Shown here in pieces: positions 1 to 13,364 of a DNA stretch of 28,247 bases (the first letter of the stretch is position 1; each line of letters begins with the position of its first letter). A program made the translations under genes and the position numbers. This DNA is from Proteromonas lacertae (Eukaryota). The notes beneath the pieces are model-generated. The model did not search any database. It was not told the DNA's origin and worked only from the letters and a program-made list of their open reading frames with translations. The stretch is taken from positions 62,001 to 90,247 of the forward strand of contig NGBS01000321.1 of assembly GCA_002245135.1 (NCBI GenBank), given 5' to 3'.

Positions 1-495
1 ATATCCAATTCCAAGCAAAAAGTTATTACTGGATGATAAAGAAGATCTAATTAGAATATTATCGTTAAATTTCATTTCTGTTATTGATAAAAATTCACCT
101 TCATCAATTATATAACCACACTTCTTGATATCACCAACATCTACACCTGGTTCTAATACTCTTGTTTCACTGTGTTGTATAAAGTAATCAACAATGTAAT
201 AAGGAAATCCCCAGGCAGATTCATCATATTTCTTACCAAAAGTAAATGCTGTTAACCATTTGGCTATCTTAATCTATTCAATTATCACAAAACTATTAAA
301 CTTTTGAATTAGGTAGATGAGCTTTTATATATTGATTTACTACGCTTTCATAACTTGGAGTGATATTTGATTTATCTTCCTTTTCTTCTGATTTTTTATC
401 ATTGAGTGTCCATTCTGATATCTAATGAAATAAATTAGGATAAATACTTCAGATGCAGTAACAAATGATATAGACGCTGTAGAATATATATTCAT
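1..495 (-). CDS. 5' part of a spliced gene of unknown function (runs off the window start)
   Basis: ATG at 495 (MNIYSTASISFVTASE), 26-nt GT-AG intron 422-447, second short intron near 274-301, then an open frame (IKIAKWLTAFTFGKKYDESAWGFPYY...NNFLLGIGY) to position 1. No family recognised. Confidence 0.7.
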
Positions 496-592
496 TCAAA
501 TAGAATTTCGTGTTTTTCAAAATAGATTCTCAAAATAGGGTTTGATTTTTCAATGATTTTTCGTTTCAATAACCAATTTTTTTAAAACATAA

Positions 593-3500
593 ATGTCAGA
601 TACAGGACAAATCACTATAGCTGGGATAGATTTCGGTGGAATAGAGATTGTTTTATCCAGGAGCACATTTTCTAATAATAAAATATCACCAATTGAAATA
701 ATAGAAAATTCTTATTCACAGAAGAAAACCAAGTATAAAAATATATATAAATTATGTTGTTAATAGAGTTGGAATATGTTTTTCAGAGTATAAGACGCTC
801 ATTGGTAGAGATGGTTACATCTCTTCAGCAAAATACTACAACAGAAAAATTGAGCCACCCAAAACAAATATATTTGTAAAAGATTGGCAAATGTCTATTA
901 AACTGATGGATCAACAAATACAAATAAATGGTGTTTATAGCACATGTTACATACTTTTTCTACATTATATGTATGAATTTATAAAACAAAAACCTCAATA
1001 TATTGCGTTATCTATCCCATCTTATTATTCAATGGAACAAATAATCAGGGTTGTATCTTTATATAATTTTTTACCAAGAGCAAATCTTTTAGTATTACCT
1101 GAATATATTTCAAATGTTCTGAACTACTGTTTTTGTAATCCAATTCGAAATGAAGGTGAATCAAAAAATATAGTAATAGTTGATGTTGGCTATACCTATG
1201 CTTCTTCAACATTAATTAAATTAAAACGTAATTCATGTGAAATATTATCTCATAATTATACTAGAAATATAGGTGGTGAAGAAATAGATAAACTTATAAT
1301 GGAATATATTAAAAACCATTTAAAAGAAGAATATAATATAAATTCAATATCTCCAAGGAATGAAGTAAATATATTACACAAAATGATTGAAGCGAAAGAG
1401 AAATTATCAGCAGAAGGAGCAATGTCAATAGAAGTTACGTTTGAGAATTTAATTGAGAATAGTGACGATGATATTGTGATTAAATTTACAGTACAACAGC
1501 TGAATGAGATAATAAAAGACGTTTCACAGAATCTAAGCAAGATATTTGAAAGTTCATTATTCCAAAAATTGAATAAAAATGAGATGGAAAACTTAGAAAT
1601 TTGTATTGTTGGTGGAACAATGAGAATTCCTTATTTACAAAACAAATTAAAGATGTTTATCAAAGATATATATAATAATAATAGAAATTTAAACTTTACA
1701 ATGAATATGGATGAAAGTGTAGCTTATGGAAATGTATGCTTTGCTTATCAATGCTTAAAGTATTGGAATTTCATGTTTAGTGATTTAACTGGTTCAAATA
1801 TCAATGAGAATATTGCTAATGCAATAAATAAAAGAGAAAGATGTGATGCAATATTTCAGAGTGCTCAGCAATTAATTGACCAATTGAATCATTATAATGA
1901 AATAGCAAATCAAAGAAACAATTTAGAAAGTAAAATGTATATAAATATATATTTCATTTAACTTATATATAGTTATAAAGTCCAACATTTAGCTGAAAAT
2001 AATGACAGACAGAAGATAATATTAGACAAATTACATCCGTTTCAAGAGTTCAATGATAAAGTAAGTACTAACATAACAAAACTGCAAAAGAAGAATAAAA
2101 GAATAGATAATTTAATAGATAGAATTAATGAGAATAGATCATTATCATTGACACCTGAAAGTACAGATGATAGTGAAAGTTCTTATAGTTCTGTAGTATC
2201 ATCATCATCTTATTCAACTTCTTCATCTACAACAACTGTTAATACAGCATTAACACATTCAACAAGATCAAAGAGAAAGAGTAATGAGTCTAACGGTATT
2301 ATAAACAATAACAATGATGTTAAACCTGTTTGTTGCTCATTATTAGAAGCTGGATATGATATTATTGATGGTATTTTAAAATCAAAAGCTGCATCTCCAC
2401 AATCAATAACATCTCAACATAATATTAAGAAAGATGAATCACCAATATCTCATCATTCTGATAAATCAAAGAAATTGAATGATTTATCATTATCATCATT
2501 AGAGAATTCAGTAGAAGAAGAAGAAGATAATGATAAATTATTATCTACACCACAATTAGAAAAAGAAAAATCAAAAGAAGATAATAAAGAAAAAGAAAAT
2601 CAAGAATCACCTAAATCACATAATTCTAACAAATCTAAACAATCAGAAAGTTTATCATTATCTCCATCATTAGAAAATACATTAGAAGAAGATAATAGTC
2701 ATAAATCAACACCTAGGAAGAAAGAAGAAGAAGAACCAACTTCATTACCATTATCATCATTGAAAGAAGCGATGTATGATGTTATTTACGATGTTATAAT
2801 GAAGAATGAAGATAAATTAAATGATTCAATCAGTATACCATCTGGTTCAATATCTGAAGATTCATTCATCAATTCAAACACTAACAGTCCAGTAGTGAAT
2901 CTTCCAAATATCAAATTTCCATCAAATCTATCAACATCATTGAGTAGTTCAGCTGCAAATACGAATAACAATAATACTAATGACAATTCAAACAAATCAA
3001 TTGAAGAAAATCCAGAGGAGAAAGTAGAGATTGAAAATACTCCATTTGTAACTAAGAGAAAAGACTTATTATCTTCACAGAAGAGTGATTCTAAACCATA
3101 TATAAGCCCAAGTAATGATGATGATGATACAACTTTAACAGGCAATGAATGAAAACTTAACATTCTCAGATAATAGTAATAATAACAATAAAAACAACAC
3201 AACTAAAACCACTGCTGCAAACTGAATCAACATTATCTTTAGTAAAAGAAGGATTAAGTGGTATGAGAAGTAATTCATCATCTAATTCATTTAATTCTCC
3301 AACTACTCCTTCTCCACAACCACAACTACAACAATCATCAAATATCAAACCAAATAATATGTTATTACCACCAACAGAACCTCAAAGAAATGATATATTA
3401 CAACCACCACCACAACAGCAGAATAAATTAAACTCTTTAGAATCTAATTCTTTATTAAATAGAAATAGTAATGTAATTACTCCATCATCAACATCCTCTG

Positions 3501-6500
3501 AATCAACAGTTGGTAATGAAACAACATTAGCTGAGATTCATCATAACTTACAGTCACCAATGGGAATAACGAATAAACAACCTCCACCACAACTACAAAA
3601 CACAATACAAACTCCATTAACGGTTAATGACACAACAACAACTACTTCTAAGTCATTATCATACATCAATACGAATTTAGATAGCAATTCAGAATTACCA
3701 CCACTTAAATCACCACAAAAATCACCTCAACATTCATTTGGTTCATTTCAACCACAACCACAGCCATTAATACAACCGAAACCAAAGCCAGTGTTATTAC
3801 AAAAACAAGTATTACCCCATCAATATTTACCTCCACTTGAGACAAAGAAATCAATAGCAATAACACAAACAATAGTTCCAGATTTACCAACAATGAAGGA
3901 GTTTAATACAGTCGATATGGTTGTTGATAAGAATCTATACAATGAATCATGTTATAAGTTAGAAGTAAAGGCAGATATGAATACATTTGACACAGTTCCG
4001 TTGATATATCACACAGTATTTACAATACAGCCAGTTATTAACTATAAATCAATGAATCAATTATAGTATATACATATATGTTTTATTTTATTGTGAATAG
4101 TAAATATTTCCTATATTTATTCAATTATAAAGAACATTTAATGAATCAAATCAAATTATCTCACAAATATCACAATTTAACAGAAGAAGATATAAATAAC
4201 TACCCAGTAGATCAATTAAAAACGTTCTATATTGATTTAACAACTATAATGAAAGAATATTATTATAATCTTTATAGAGATGTTATTCAAAAGAAATTGT
4301 ATATTTATTATTTATATATTAATAGGAATAAATATCTTCCTATATTACATTCATATTCAGAGCCATTTCAACCATTAGTCGCAGAGTGGAATTATTTGGA
4401 TGAAAAGTTTCATAAGAATGATAATATTGAGAGTATTACATATCTAATAGATATTAATGACAAATTAAACTCTATTCAAGAAACTACAAAAGTATATATA
4501 TTCTATATATTATTAATATTTATTTATAGAAAGCTTTACGAAAGTATTTTTGTATGAAAATTGGTCAAATATCTCCATTAGTTCCATTAGCTACACTGTC
4601 AATAGAACAATTATCAGAATTACTAATAAAAATGCATACTACTCAGAAAAAGAAGAAAAAGAAGGAAAAGAAGAAGAGAACTATATTGAAGATGGAAGTA
4701 GTAGAGAAAATCAAGAAATTACATGAATTAGTATGTCAATCAATTCAGTTATATGAAATAAAGAAAAGAGTATTAACAGAAAATGAATCAAGAATAATAA
4801 TCACCAATTTAACAATGATTCATCAATTGTATTCTAAAGATAATATCAAGAATTTGACAGCAGCAGCATTAGATGGATATATTACTAAAGTAGAATGTTA
4901 TATCAACTTAATCAACCAAAGAGTAGATGAATATAACGAAAAACAAAACAAAATTAAAGTCATTCAAGATAAATATAAACATATTCAAATATCTGAATCA
5001 GATATTGAGATTATTGGTTTTGAGAATTATTCTACTTATGATAAACGATGTGAGAAGTTACAGATGGAAATAGAAAGACCATATATCACAATTGAGCAGA
5101 TAGAAGAAGAATACAATGAATTGGAGAAGATATATAATCATTATCAAGATGTTATCAATGAGTATAAATCAAAAATTGATGTTGTTAAACAATTGAAAAA
5201 GACATTGTATATTTATTAATATATTATGTTTATTAGAAAATCAATGAATGAAACAGTTGATGAGAAAAAGCTGTTTAACAAAACAAAAGATGAATTAGAG
5301 AATCAGTTGAAACAATTACAAGAATCTCTATTACAGAAAGAAGAGTTGAAGCAATTGATTGAAACTCAAAATAAAACATCAAAAGAGATAAGAGACTTTA
5401 CGTACAAAACAGAATAATGAATTGATAGAAGTAATATCCACAGAGTTGTATATATATATAGTTATTTCCTATTATTTTATTCAATAGATATGATATAAAT
5501 CATTTAATGAATATAAATAGTGATATTCTGATTGATTTGACACTTCCAAAAGGATTGTATAAAACTCCAACTAGATTTATTACTGAAAATGATTTATCAA
5601 AATATGATTATACTCATTTGCAGATGTTGAAGGAAGATGTAGAAAAAACAATTGAAATAATTAAAGAAAGAGTGAGTAAAAGAGATTATATAATCAGAAT
5701 ATATGATTTGTTGTATTTATTTTTAGTATTATTATTTTTATAGGAATAAATTCATATATATTGCAAGTGATTTGCCTGATAATTACATCGTTCAAATCAG
5801 AAATATGAATAAGAGTGATCTTTATAATAAATCAATAAGTGAATTGAAGATAATAATCAATAATTTAGAAGATATTGAAGTTAAACAGAAGAAAGTGAAT
5901 AAAGATTCTCAAACAAAAACAATCCTCATCCAATCAATACTTCCAAAAGTATCAAAGTTTAATGAAATATATAAATCAAACCAAATATATCTATCAACAG
6001 TTCAAATACCATTAGAATTATATGATAAATCGACTGGTGAAATTATTTCAACTCAATCTGTTAATAAGTGTGATTTTACTGAGATATCAGCAATAAATGA
6101 TAAGATTGATGAAGTGTTAAGTGATATAGATAATACATTAACTTCAATTAAACAATCCAAAATTAATGATATAAATGAGATAATGTATATATATATATAT
6201 ATATATATATGTTTATTGTTATATCAATAGAAAAGATATAAATACAGTCATTTGTCAAGATTATAATGTCATTTCAACATATATATTACCTACAGTAGTT
6301 TGTTTAGATAATAATGAAATAAAATTAAGAAATAATATTAGTGAAATGGATATAAAACAGTTACAAGACTTAAACATCACTCTAATAAAAATGAAAAATG
6401 AAATTTCTCTTTTATATAATGATATATCTGAAAAAGAGAAGATTATCAAAGATATAAAGAATAAAATGTATATATATATATATAATATTAATAGTTATAT

Positions 6501-7408
6501 ATTTATTATATAAATAGTGAACAGATATTATATTGTGAAGATGCTATAGTAAATACACCAACTTACTCAAAGATACAATCAATAAGGAATGTTATTACAA
6601 TAAACTCACTAAATGATTTGTCACTAGAAATATTACAGAATCATCAACAATTTATTACAGTAATACATAACAAATTAAAAGTATTTTTATAATCTATTAT
6701 TATTACTATTATTAGAAGGAAATATCTGAGAGAATATCTAATAAACCAATTCCACCAGTTTCATTATTATCATTAAGAGAAAAGAAGAATAAAGATGAAT
6801 TAATAGAAAATATTCTTCTGTTATCATCACAAATATCTCCTAATGAGATAGAAATAACAAAAGAAAACCTAATGAATTTATCAATAGAATCATTGAATGA
6901 TTATTATGATATATTAACTGATTATAACAATCATTTAAATAAAGAGAAAAAGGAGAATATTATCTCCACAATTTCTTACCATTTGTATATATATATTTGT
7001 TGTTGTTATTATGATATAGAGATATGTTGTATATAATTAGAGATGAACATTATGATTTATATAAGATGCTATATATACTAAACACTTTATACTCGAGAGT
7101 AGTGAATGAACAACTGAATTAGAAAAAATGATTTAGATGGTTATACAATAGACCAGCTTAATGAGATAGAAACAGCATTAGAAGAAGTGTTTAAACAAAT
7201 AGATGAAATAAAACAGTCTAATAAAGAAAATATTGATATGAATTACATAAATGATTTGATTTTGAAGAATAGAACAAATATTTCAAAGGTTACATTGTTG
7301 GAATATAGAAAGGGAGTAATTCCAAGTGAATATGAGAATATAAAACAAAAATATGAGGATATAATCAAGAGATTAAAACAAGAGATAAATTTGAATTTAA
7401 ATTTGTAA
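593..7408 (+). CDS. Large divergent Hsp70/Hsp110-family protein: nucleotide-binding domain, S/E/N/P/Q low-complexity linker, repeated alpha-helical tail (12 introns, 4 apparent +1 frameshifts)
   Basis: ATG 593 gives AGIDFGG (Hsp70 phosphate-1 motif). Further motifs: IVDVGY, IGGEEID, AKEKLS, VGGTMRIPYLQ, NMDESVAYG and the lid-like RNNLESKIY. GT-AG introns at 733-766, 1937-1972, 4066-4100, 4299-4325, 4492-4529, 5207-5236, 5448-5487, 5713-5743, 6185-6230, 6468-6517, 6681-6715 and 6985-7019 join the ORF pieces in frame. Continuity also needs +1 shifts near 3150, 3220, 5408 and 7118. The NBD call is strong; the single-gene model is less certain. Confidence 0.7.
2436..2725 (+). repeat. Imperfect intragenic duplication in the Ser/Glu-rich linker
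   Basis: ESPISHHSDKSKKLNDLSLSSLENSVEEEEDN...STP versus ESPKSHNSNKSKQSESLSLSPSLENTLEEDNSHKSTP. Confidence 0.6.
6186..6210. repeat. (TA)n microsatellite within an intron
   Basis: About 12 TA units directly after the GT donor at 6185; a shorter run follows the donor at 6468. Confidence 0.85.
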
Positions 7409-7524
7409 ATAATATGAATAATAGTAATTATTTAAAGTTTATATTTTCTATAGATGTTATGTTTATGATATTTATAAATTCTATTATGAAAGGTCATTTG
7501 TTTCAAGTTTTGCTTGACATTTAA

Positions 7525-8538
7525 ATGTTTTCTAAATTTGCCAGGTTTAACAAGATTTACAATTCGTTCATTACCACGAACGTATGTAAATACATTTGAA
7601 AGATTGAAAATGCCCAACAATTTCAAAATTTGTGTTAGAACTTTCGCAGAAGAAGTATAATCATCCTTAATATTGGCAAATTCATTGAAATAGGCAAAAC
7701 ATGAAACTCAAATATCACCTTACAGACAAACAGTAAGAGCAGCGAAGAAAACAACCAAAACTGCTTTAATTCTTACTTGTGTCGGTGTAGGTGTTGCTGC
7801 ATTTGCATACATGATAATAGAATTAGCTCCCAGTCAAATGTCAACGAATTCAATGATGAGTGATTCTTTGAAATTAGTTAGAAAAGAAGAAAGAGTGATA
7901 TCGATGTTAGGATCTCCAATCAAAGCATATGGCCAAGACAGTGGAAGTGACAGTCGTCGTTCAACTATAGAAAAATACGAATATACAGGTGATGATGGAA
8001 AAGAATATAAGCGGTATATATATTATAATAATAAAATAATTAATTAATAAAAATAGTATTCGTTACACAATCCAAGGTCCATCAGGCAATACCGGTCATG
8101 TATACGTTGAAAAATGTAAAGGAATGCCAGCCGATCAATACAACTATTTAATCATTCAAATCGACAAGCCTCGAGTAACAAAAGTCGTAATTCAAGACCA
8201 TCGCGAAGTATTAACCATTAGCAGAGAAACAAGATCGTTTAGTAAAAAGGTTAAATAGAAATGATGCGTTGTTATTTATTAGAGGAAGAGATATAAAATC
8301 AAAACATCAATTAGAAGAGTTAGGAGCTGCAGCTGATAGTTTACAAATAGTTGATTGTGAGAATCAAAGTGATTTATGTACTGACTATAATATCAAAGCA
8401 ACACCTACATGGAGAATAGCTGAAAAACAAATTGAAGGATTTCAATCGTATGAACAGTTGTATAGGTTTGTGTGTAATATTGAAGCTATTGATAAGAAGG
8501 ATAAGAAGAAGAAAACAAAGAAGACTGCTTCTCAGTAA
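7525..8538 (+). CDS. TIM21: Mitochondrial import inner-membrane translocase subunit Tim21, apparently fused to a C-terminal thioredoxin-like domain
   Basis: Arg/Thr-rich presequence-like N-terminus (MFLNLPGLTRFTIRSLPRTY...VRTFAEE, needs removal of one T at 7528-7531; alternative ATG at 7610). TM segment ALILTCVGVGVAAFAYMII. Tim21 core LGSPIKAYGQ...RR...RIRYTIQGP..GHVYVE...YNYLII. Introns 7655-7693 and 8014-8056. A +1 shift near 8215 leads into VDCENQSDLC...IKATPTW...EGFQSYEQL. Confidence 0.85.
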
Positions 8539-8647
8539 ACAAATTGTCTAAATATGTTATTTTGTTTAAATTCTATTAGTTTTATGGTTTTATTATAAAC
8601 TAATATAGGAGAAATATATATTTATTATAATAAAAATCGATTATGGA

Positions 8648-10361
8648 CTATTTAGTATTCTCATTTGTATTTGATTGTTGAGGTTCATTCGTTTCAACCT
8701 CCATTTCACTTTCAGTAGAATCTATATAATATAAATATGTCAATAAATAATACCTTTCTTCTCATCTAACAAATCTAATCTAGTCTTTTCAAGTGGTAAA
8801 ATCACTTTTTCTGTTTTAACATCAAATCTATTATTATTTTAATAATTAATATACAATTCAGCTAGATTTGGCTTAACAATCTCCATGACTCTTTCTTCAC
8901 TAAATGTACTCAATTTATGAGATAGATCATAATCCGTTTTTAATATTTTAAAAGGTCTTTCCAAATTGTCACTACATTTGTCATCTTTCCATTTACTCCA
9001 TTTATCTTCTTCCTCTAATAAACTCTTTAATAAATGTTTCATATTATCATTACATTTACTAACTAACTTTAACGCTCTTCTTTGTAATTTGCTTAATATT
9101 TCTTCATTTTTTGTTTTTTCTTTGATATTATTAGATTTATTGGTTTCTCTGTTTAGAAATTGTAAACAGATTAATATTTGACATAAATACTGCATTCTTA
9201 ATGTAGGATCTTTTAATTGTAACTTTAATAATGAACTAGAAGTAAGATATTTTGGTGTAAAATAATTAAATGTTGAAGTATTATTATTGCCATATTTATT
9301 ATCTTCATTTATATCATCTTCATTATTTTGGAGTTTTGTATCATTGCTTTTACTTACTGATAATTCAATTTTTCCTTTCTTTATTTCTGAATCACTTAAA
9401 TTATTCATTTCAAATGCTTTTAACACTGCATCTACCTCTTTAGTGAATGTTTTCATTTCTTCACTGTCATTCATTATTAATGGATTTTTAAGATATTTTT
9501 GAAGATTCCAAAATTGGCTGTACAGTACATAATTTATAAATTCTGAAGAACTGGATGTTGAACTAAATTAATATAATAAATATAATAAATACTCTGAATG
9601 AGGAGTTTCACTAATTGTATTAGCATTTGTTATATTAATTTCATTTTCATTATTGTCAATAATTTGAAGACATTCCATCGCTTTTTCTTCATCATCATAA
9701 TTTGTAGCATTACTTAAATTATAACTCTTTGATAAATTCAATCCACTCTTTTCCATTAAAGGTAATGATGATGATAAATATAATAATATTCTACCACATA
9801 ATTCACCATGTTCACTTTTACTGGCACGCTTTAATAAGCCAAGACAAGCTCTTAAAAATGATAATTTACTATGTGTTGAAGTTTCTGGAAGGAAAAACTT
9901 ATCTGATAACTCCTTCTTTCTAGTTTCCATAAATATCCAGATGTTTTCAATTTCCTTTAAGTCAAAACTGTCGAATAAATCTTCTAATAGTATGAATGGT
10001 ATATCTGCACTACATATCATATTCTTAGCTGCTTTAATTGATAAATCGATAATTTGGAAGATTTTGTCCGTATTTAATTGAGTTTCTTTCTTAGCTTCAC
10101 TTATATATGTCAATAGATTGCTTCTAAATGAAAAACAATACTCTTGTGATAAAAATATATCAATGGAAGGCCTTGCTATTCAATATATCACAATTAATTA
10201 TATCATATACAATCATTGGTTTCTTTCACTATAGATTGATGATAGTTCTTCAATTGGTCAAAATCACAACCACTTTCTATTATTTCATGGACTTTATCCT
10301 ATAATGATGTATAATAATGAATTTAAAATACAACTAATGTGGCGGTATTACTTCTTTTCAT
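8648..10361 (-). CDS. THOC1: THO complex subunit 1 (Hpr1/THOC1)
   Basis: LLKRASKSEHGELCGRILLYLSSSLPLMEKSGLNL, FWNLQKYLKNP, KYLTSSSLLKLQLKDPTLR and EEDKWSKWKDDKC match THOC1 conserved blocks. ATG at 10361, five short introns, TAG at 8648-8650. Confidence 0.92.
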
Positions 10362-10490
10362 TCACAATCAAATTTATATTTTTCGAAAACCTAAAATTGG
10401 GGTATGTAAATAAAATTTTCATAACACCAAATTATTAAAAAATCAATTTAACACACACACATTGTTAAAAACATATGATATTTTTATTTA

Positions 10491-13231
10491 TTACTTATAT
10501 AATTCCGAATTCTCTTTAATTGTCTGAGCTTTACATCTTAAACAATAAAACTTTTCAATGTTACCTTCATCATCATACTTATCTTTGAATTCTTTATCTA
10601 AACAATCCTTATGAACTCCATGACCACAGTAAAACAAATAAATAGCTTGAGGTTTGATATGATGTGAATCTGTAACATGCATCAAATTATTATCACAAAT
10701 AAAGCAAACACTATCAAAATCCATTCTAATACTATGCTTTAAAGAATACACCAATTTTGATAGCAAATTACTTATATCATCTTTCAATATATTATTACAA
10801 CACATTCTTAATTGCATTTGAGCTGTATAATCACTAGTAATTTTAATCAATTTCTGTTTTAACTTAGGTATTTTATTACCTTCAGGTATTTGTGAAATAA
10901 TAATCCTTGGATCAACTCTTCCACCAGCATGTTCCAGTAAACCAGAAAGGAACTTTGGATGGTTTACTGCTTTTAATATCAAATCATCCCATAACTTCTC
11001 ATCTTTTGATCTTTCTACAAATCCTATAGCCATTTCCACATCTTCTAATTTTTCAATAATAATCTCTAAAGCACCTTGTATATTACCCATTCTTGAGAGT
11101 ATAAATACCATTTCTGTATAAAGTGGTGGATGATGTGATTCGCATAATTCCATTGCATTATTCATTGAGTAGTAAGTACTTGTTCTAAGAAACTGTAGTA
11201 ATCTTTTAGGATTATATTCTACACAATATTTCAATTGTAATTCATGGTATTCTTTATATCTTTCATCATTATATTCGATTGTATGTCTTACTGACAATGT
11301 ATCTAAATATTCGAATAGATATTCTGGTAATTCTTTTAATTGTTCAACTACAATATGTATCTATTTAAATAATAATAATAATAATAATATATTCATACAG
11401 GTATTTGATTCATATATTTTACCAACATTTCAATAGCATGACGTGAATCTAACAATATCAAATTCTTTATCTTATCTTGAACAGCTCCAAATAGTTTATG
11501 TTCTTCTATTAATCTAAATACATTCACTGGATCTAATCCTTTACAACCAGTATCCAAGTATACTCTCAATGCCTTTTCATATTCAATATTCATACTGTAT
11601 AACTCAGCAGCACTTTCCATTAATGTTGCACTTTTCCAATCTTTCAATCTTTCTTCTACTTTTTTTATTAATTCTTTTACATCGTATAATGCTTTATCTG
11701 GATTACCAGGTGGAGGTTTTGGCCAAGTACGCAATAAACGTAAAAATCCAACAACATCATTCTTTAAATAATAATCTAAGATTAACTCATAAAATGCACG
11801 AGGTAATAGTGGTTTAACCGTTGGTACATAGGGTGTAATTATTGGTAATTTTGACGCTTGTGAAAACACTATAATCCATTTCTCCCATAGTTCTGGAGTA
11901 GTTAATAGTTTAGGACACATTGCTGCTGCTTTTTCATATTCTTTACTTTGTATAATATAATTCAAATAACTTTCTTTCAATTTCTCAGCTTCTGTTGGAT
12001 CTATTTTTTCAGGATATTGTTCAGCCAAATGTAATGCATTTTCATAATCTTTATTTTCAATAGAAAACTGAATATGATCAATTAATTGCCTTCTAACTGC
12101 AACAATGATATCTTGTGGACTTAGAATATAATAATTAGGAGTATTTTCTTCACAATTAATAGTATCATATTCAATTGTATAATTATTCATATTGATACAT
12201 TCATTATAACATAAATGATAATCATTATTTCTGTTCTTTTCATATCCTCTAATTGGGAATGAATCTGCAGCTATTTCTTCATTTGTTACTTTAGAAATTA
12301 CTCTCAATTCAGGTTTATCTCTTTCATTTTTTTCGTTAAAAGTTTGGACTAACACTGTGATATTTTGATAATCAAATGGAGCAATTCCCAATATAACACT
12401 TGGTTCATCGTATAGTTTAAATGCTAATGTAATTTCAGCATATAACTGAGGTGGTGCTCCTGCAATAGAAGCTCTTTCTTTTATTCCAATAATTCTAATC
12501 GTTTTATACCATCCAACTACCAATGAATTTACACTTTCCCAATACATATGCGCTCTATATTCATTTAAATTATTCTCATTAATCTCAAAACTGCCTATTT
12601 TTATATCTTTTGTTACATCGTAGATTCTTATACCTTTTTCACAAGCCCAAGCCAAATAATAACTTTTATAACAAATACAGTGTATTGCACCTTCTCCTTG
12701 CTGTATTATTTTATCTTTTTGACCAATCCAACTCTTTTTATTTTGAGTTATTTTACCTTTTACTCCTCCACTGAATAATATATTGTCTTTTGATGTGGAA
12801 TATAATGGATCTATTGCTACAGCTAATATTGGTGAACTATGAGTTAATTGTGTTTGATCAGCTCCACCTTTTAAAGGAATTATTACGACTTTACCATCAT
12901 CACCACCTGATACTAAATAATCTCCCTTTGAATCAACGTCTAAGCAGTTTACTCTGCTAGTATGAGATCTAATTGTTTTTATTGATTCTCCTTTTTCATT
13001 TAAAATATAAATCACTCCATTCTTTGTACCTAAGTATATAAATCCAACAGAGATAGCCAGGGAAGTGAAAACATCACCTGCTGTTAATATTTTGGTTGTA
13101 TATCCATGTAATCTATTGTATTTAATTAATGGTTCAATGTTATCTTCATCATCTTGATCTTCATACTCTTCTCCGTCTTCATACTCTTCTATTAATAATA
13201 TTCTCATGATTATACCATTTTTATCTTCCAT
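10491..13231 (-). CDS. VPS41: HOPS complex subunit Vps41 (WD40 propeller, clathrin heavy-chain repeat, RING-H2)
   Basis: EPLIKYNRL, WD40 repeats (HTSRVNCLDVDSKGDYLVSGGDDGKV; VAIDP), YYILSPQDIIVA...DHIQF, LLQFLRTSTYY...EMVFILSRMGN...AIGFV...LWDDLI, and a C-terminal CxxC...CGHxxHxxC...CxxC. One short intron near 11361-11398 and a probable in-frame 27-nt intron 13189-13215. Confidence 0.95.
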
Positions 13232-13364
13232 TGTACTGATTAAATTGATTAAGACTAAAATATAATAGAAACAGTATTTATTTTGGCTTTAAAAATCAAA
13301 AAAACAAGATACTCAAATCAAGCCTAGAAATTGTATCAAGCTTTCTCATTTTTTTCATCACTTC

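Noticed and set aside
536..543. Telo-box-like TAGGGTTT in the divergent promoter
   Set aside because: Single occurrence; not distinguishable from chance.
3142..3242. GC-AG intron (3142-3169) plus a 67-nt GT-AG intron (3176-3242) as a way to restore the frame
   Set aside because: It works arithmetically, but it needs a 6-nt exon, and the segments look like the flanking Asn/Thr-rich coding sequence rather than the GTATA...TAG introns seen elsewhere.
1256..3893. Minus-strand ORFs 1256-1540, 2786-3202, 3166-3348 and 3705-3893
   Set aside because: Antisense shadows of the Hsp110-like gene with biased Ser/Phe/Leu/Val composition and no recognisable motifs.
8250..8260. AAA-TAG as a Euplotes-type +1 frameshift site
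   Set aside because: The +1 frame already reads as the first helix of the Trx-like domain about 13 codons upstream, so the shift is better placed near 8215.
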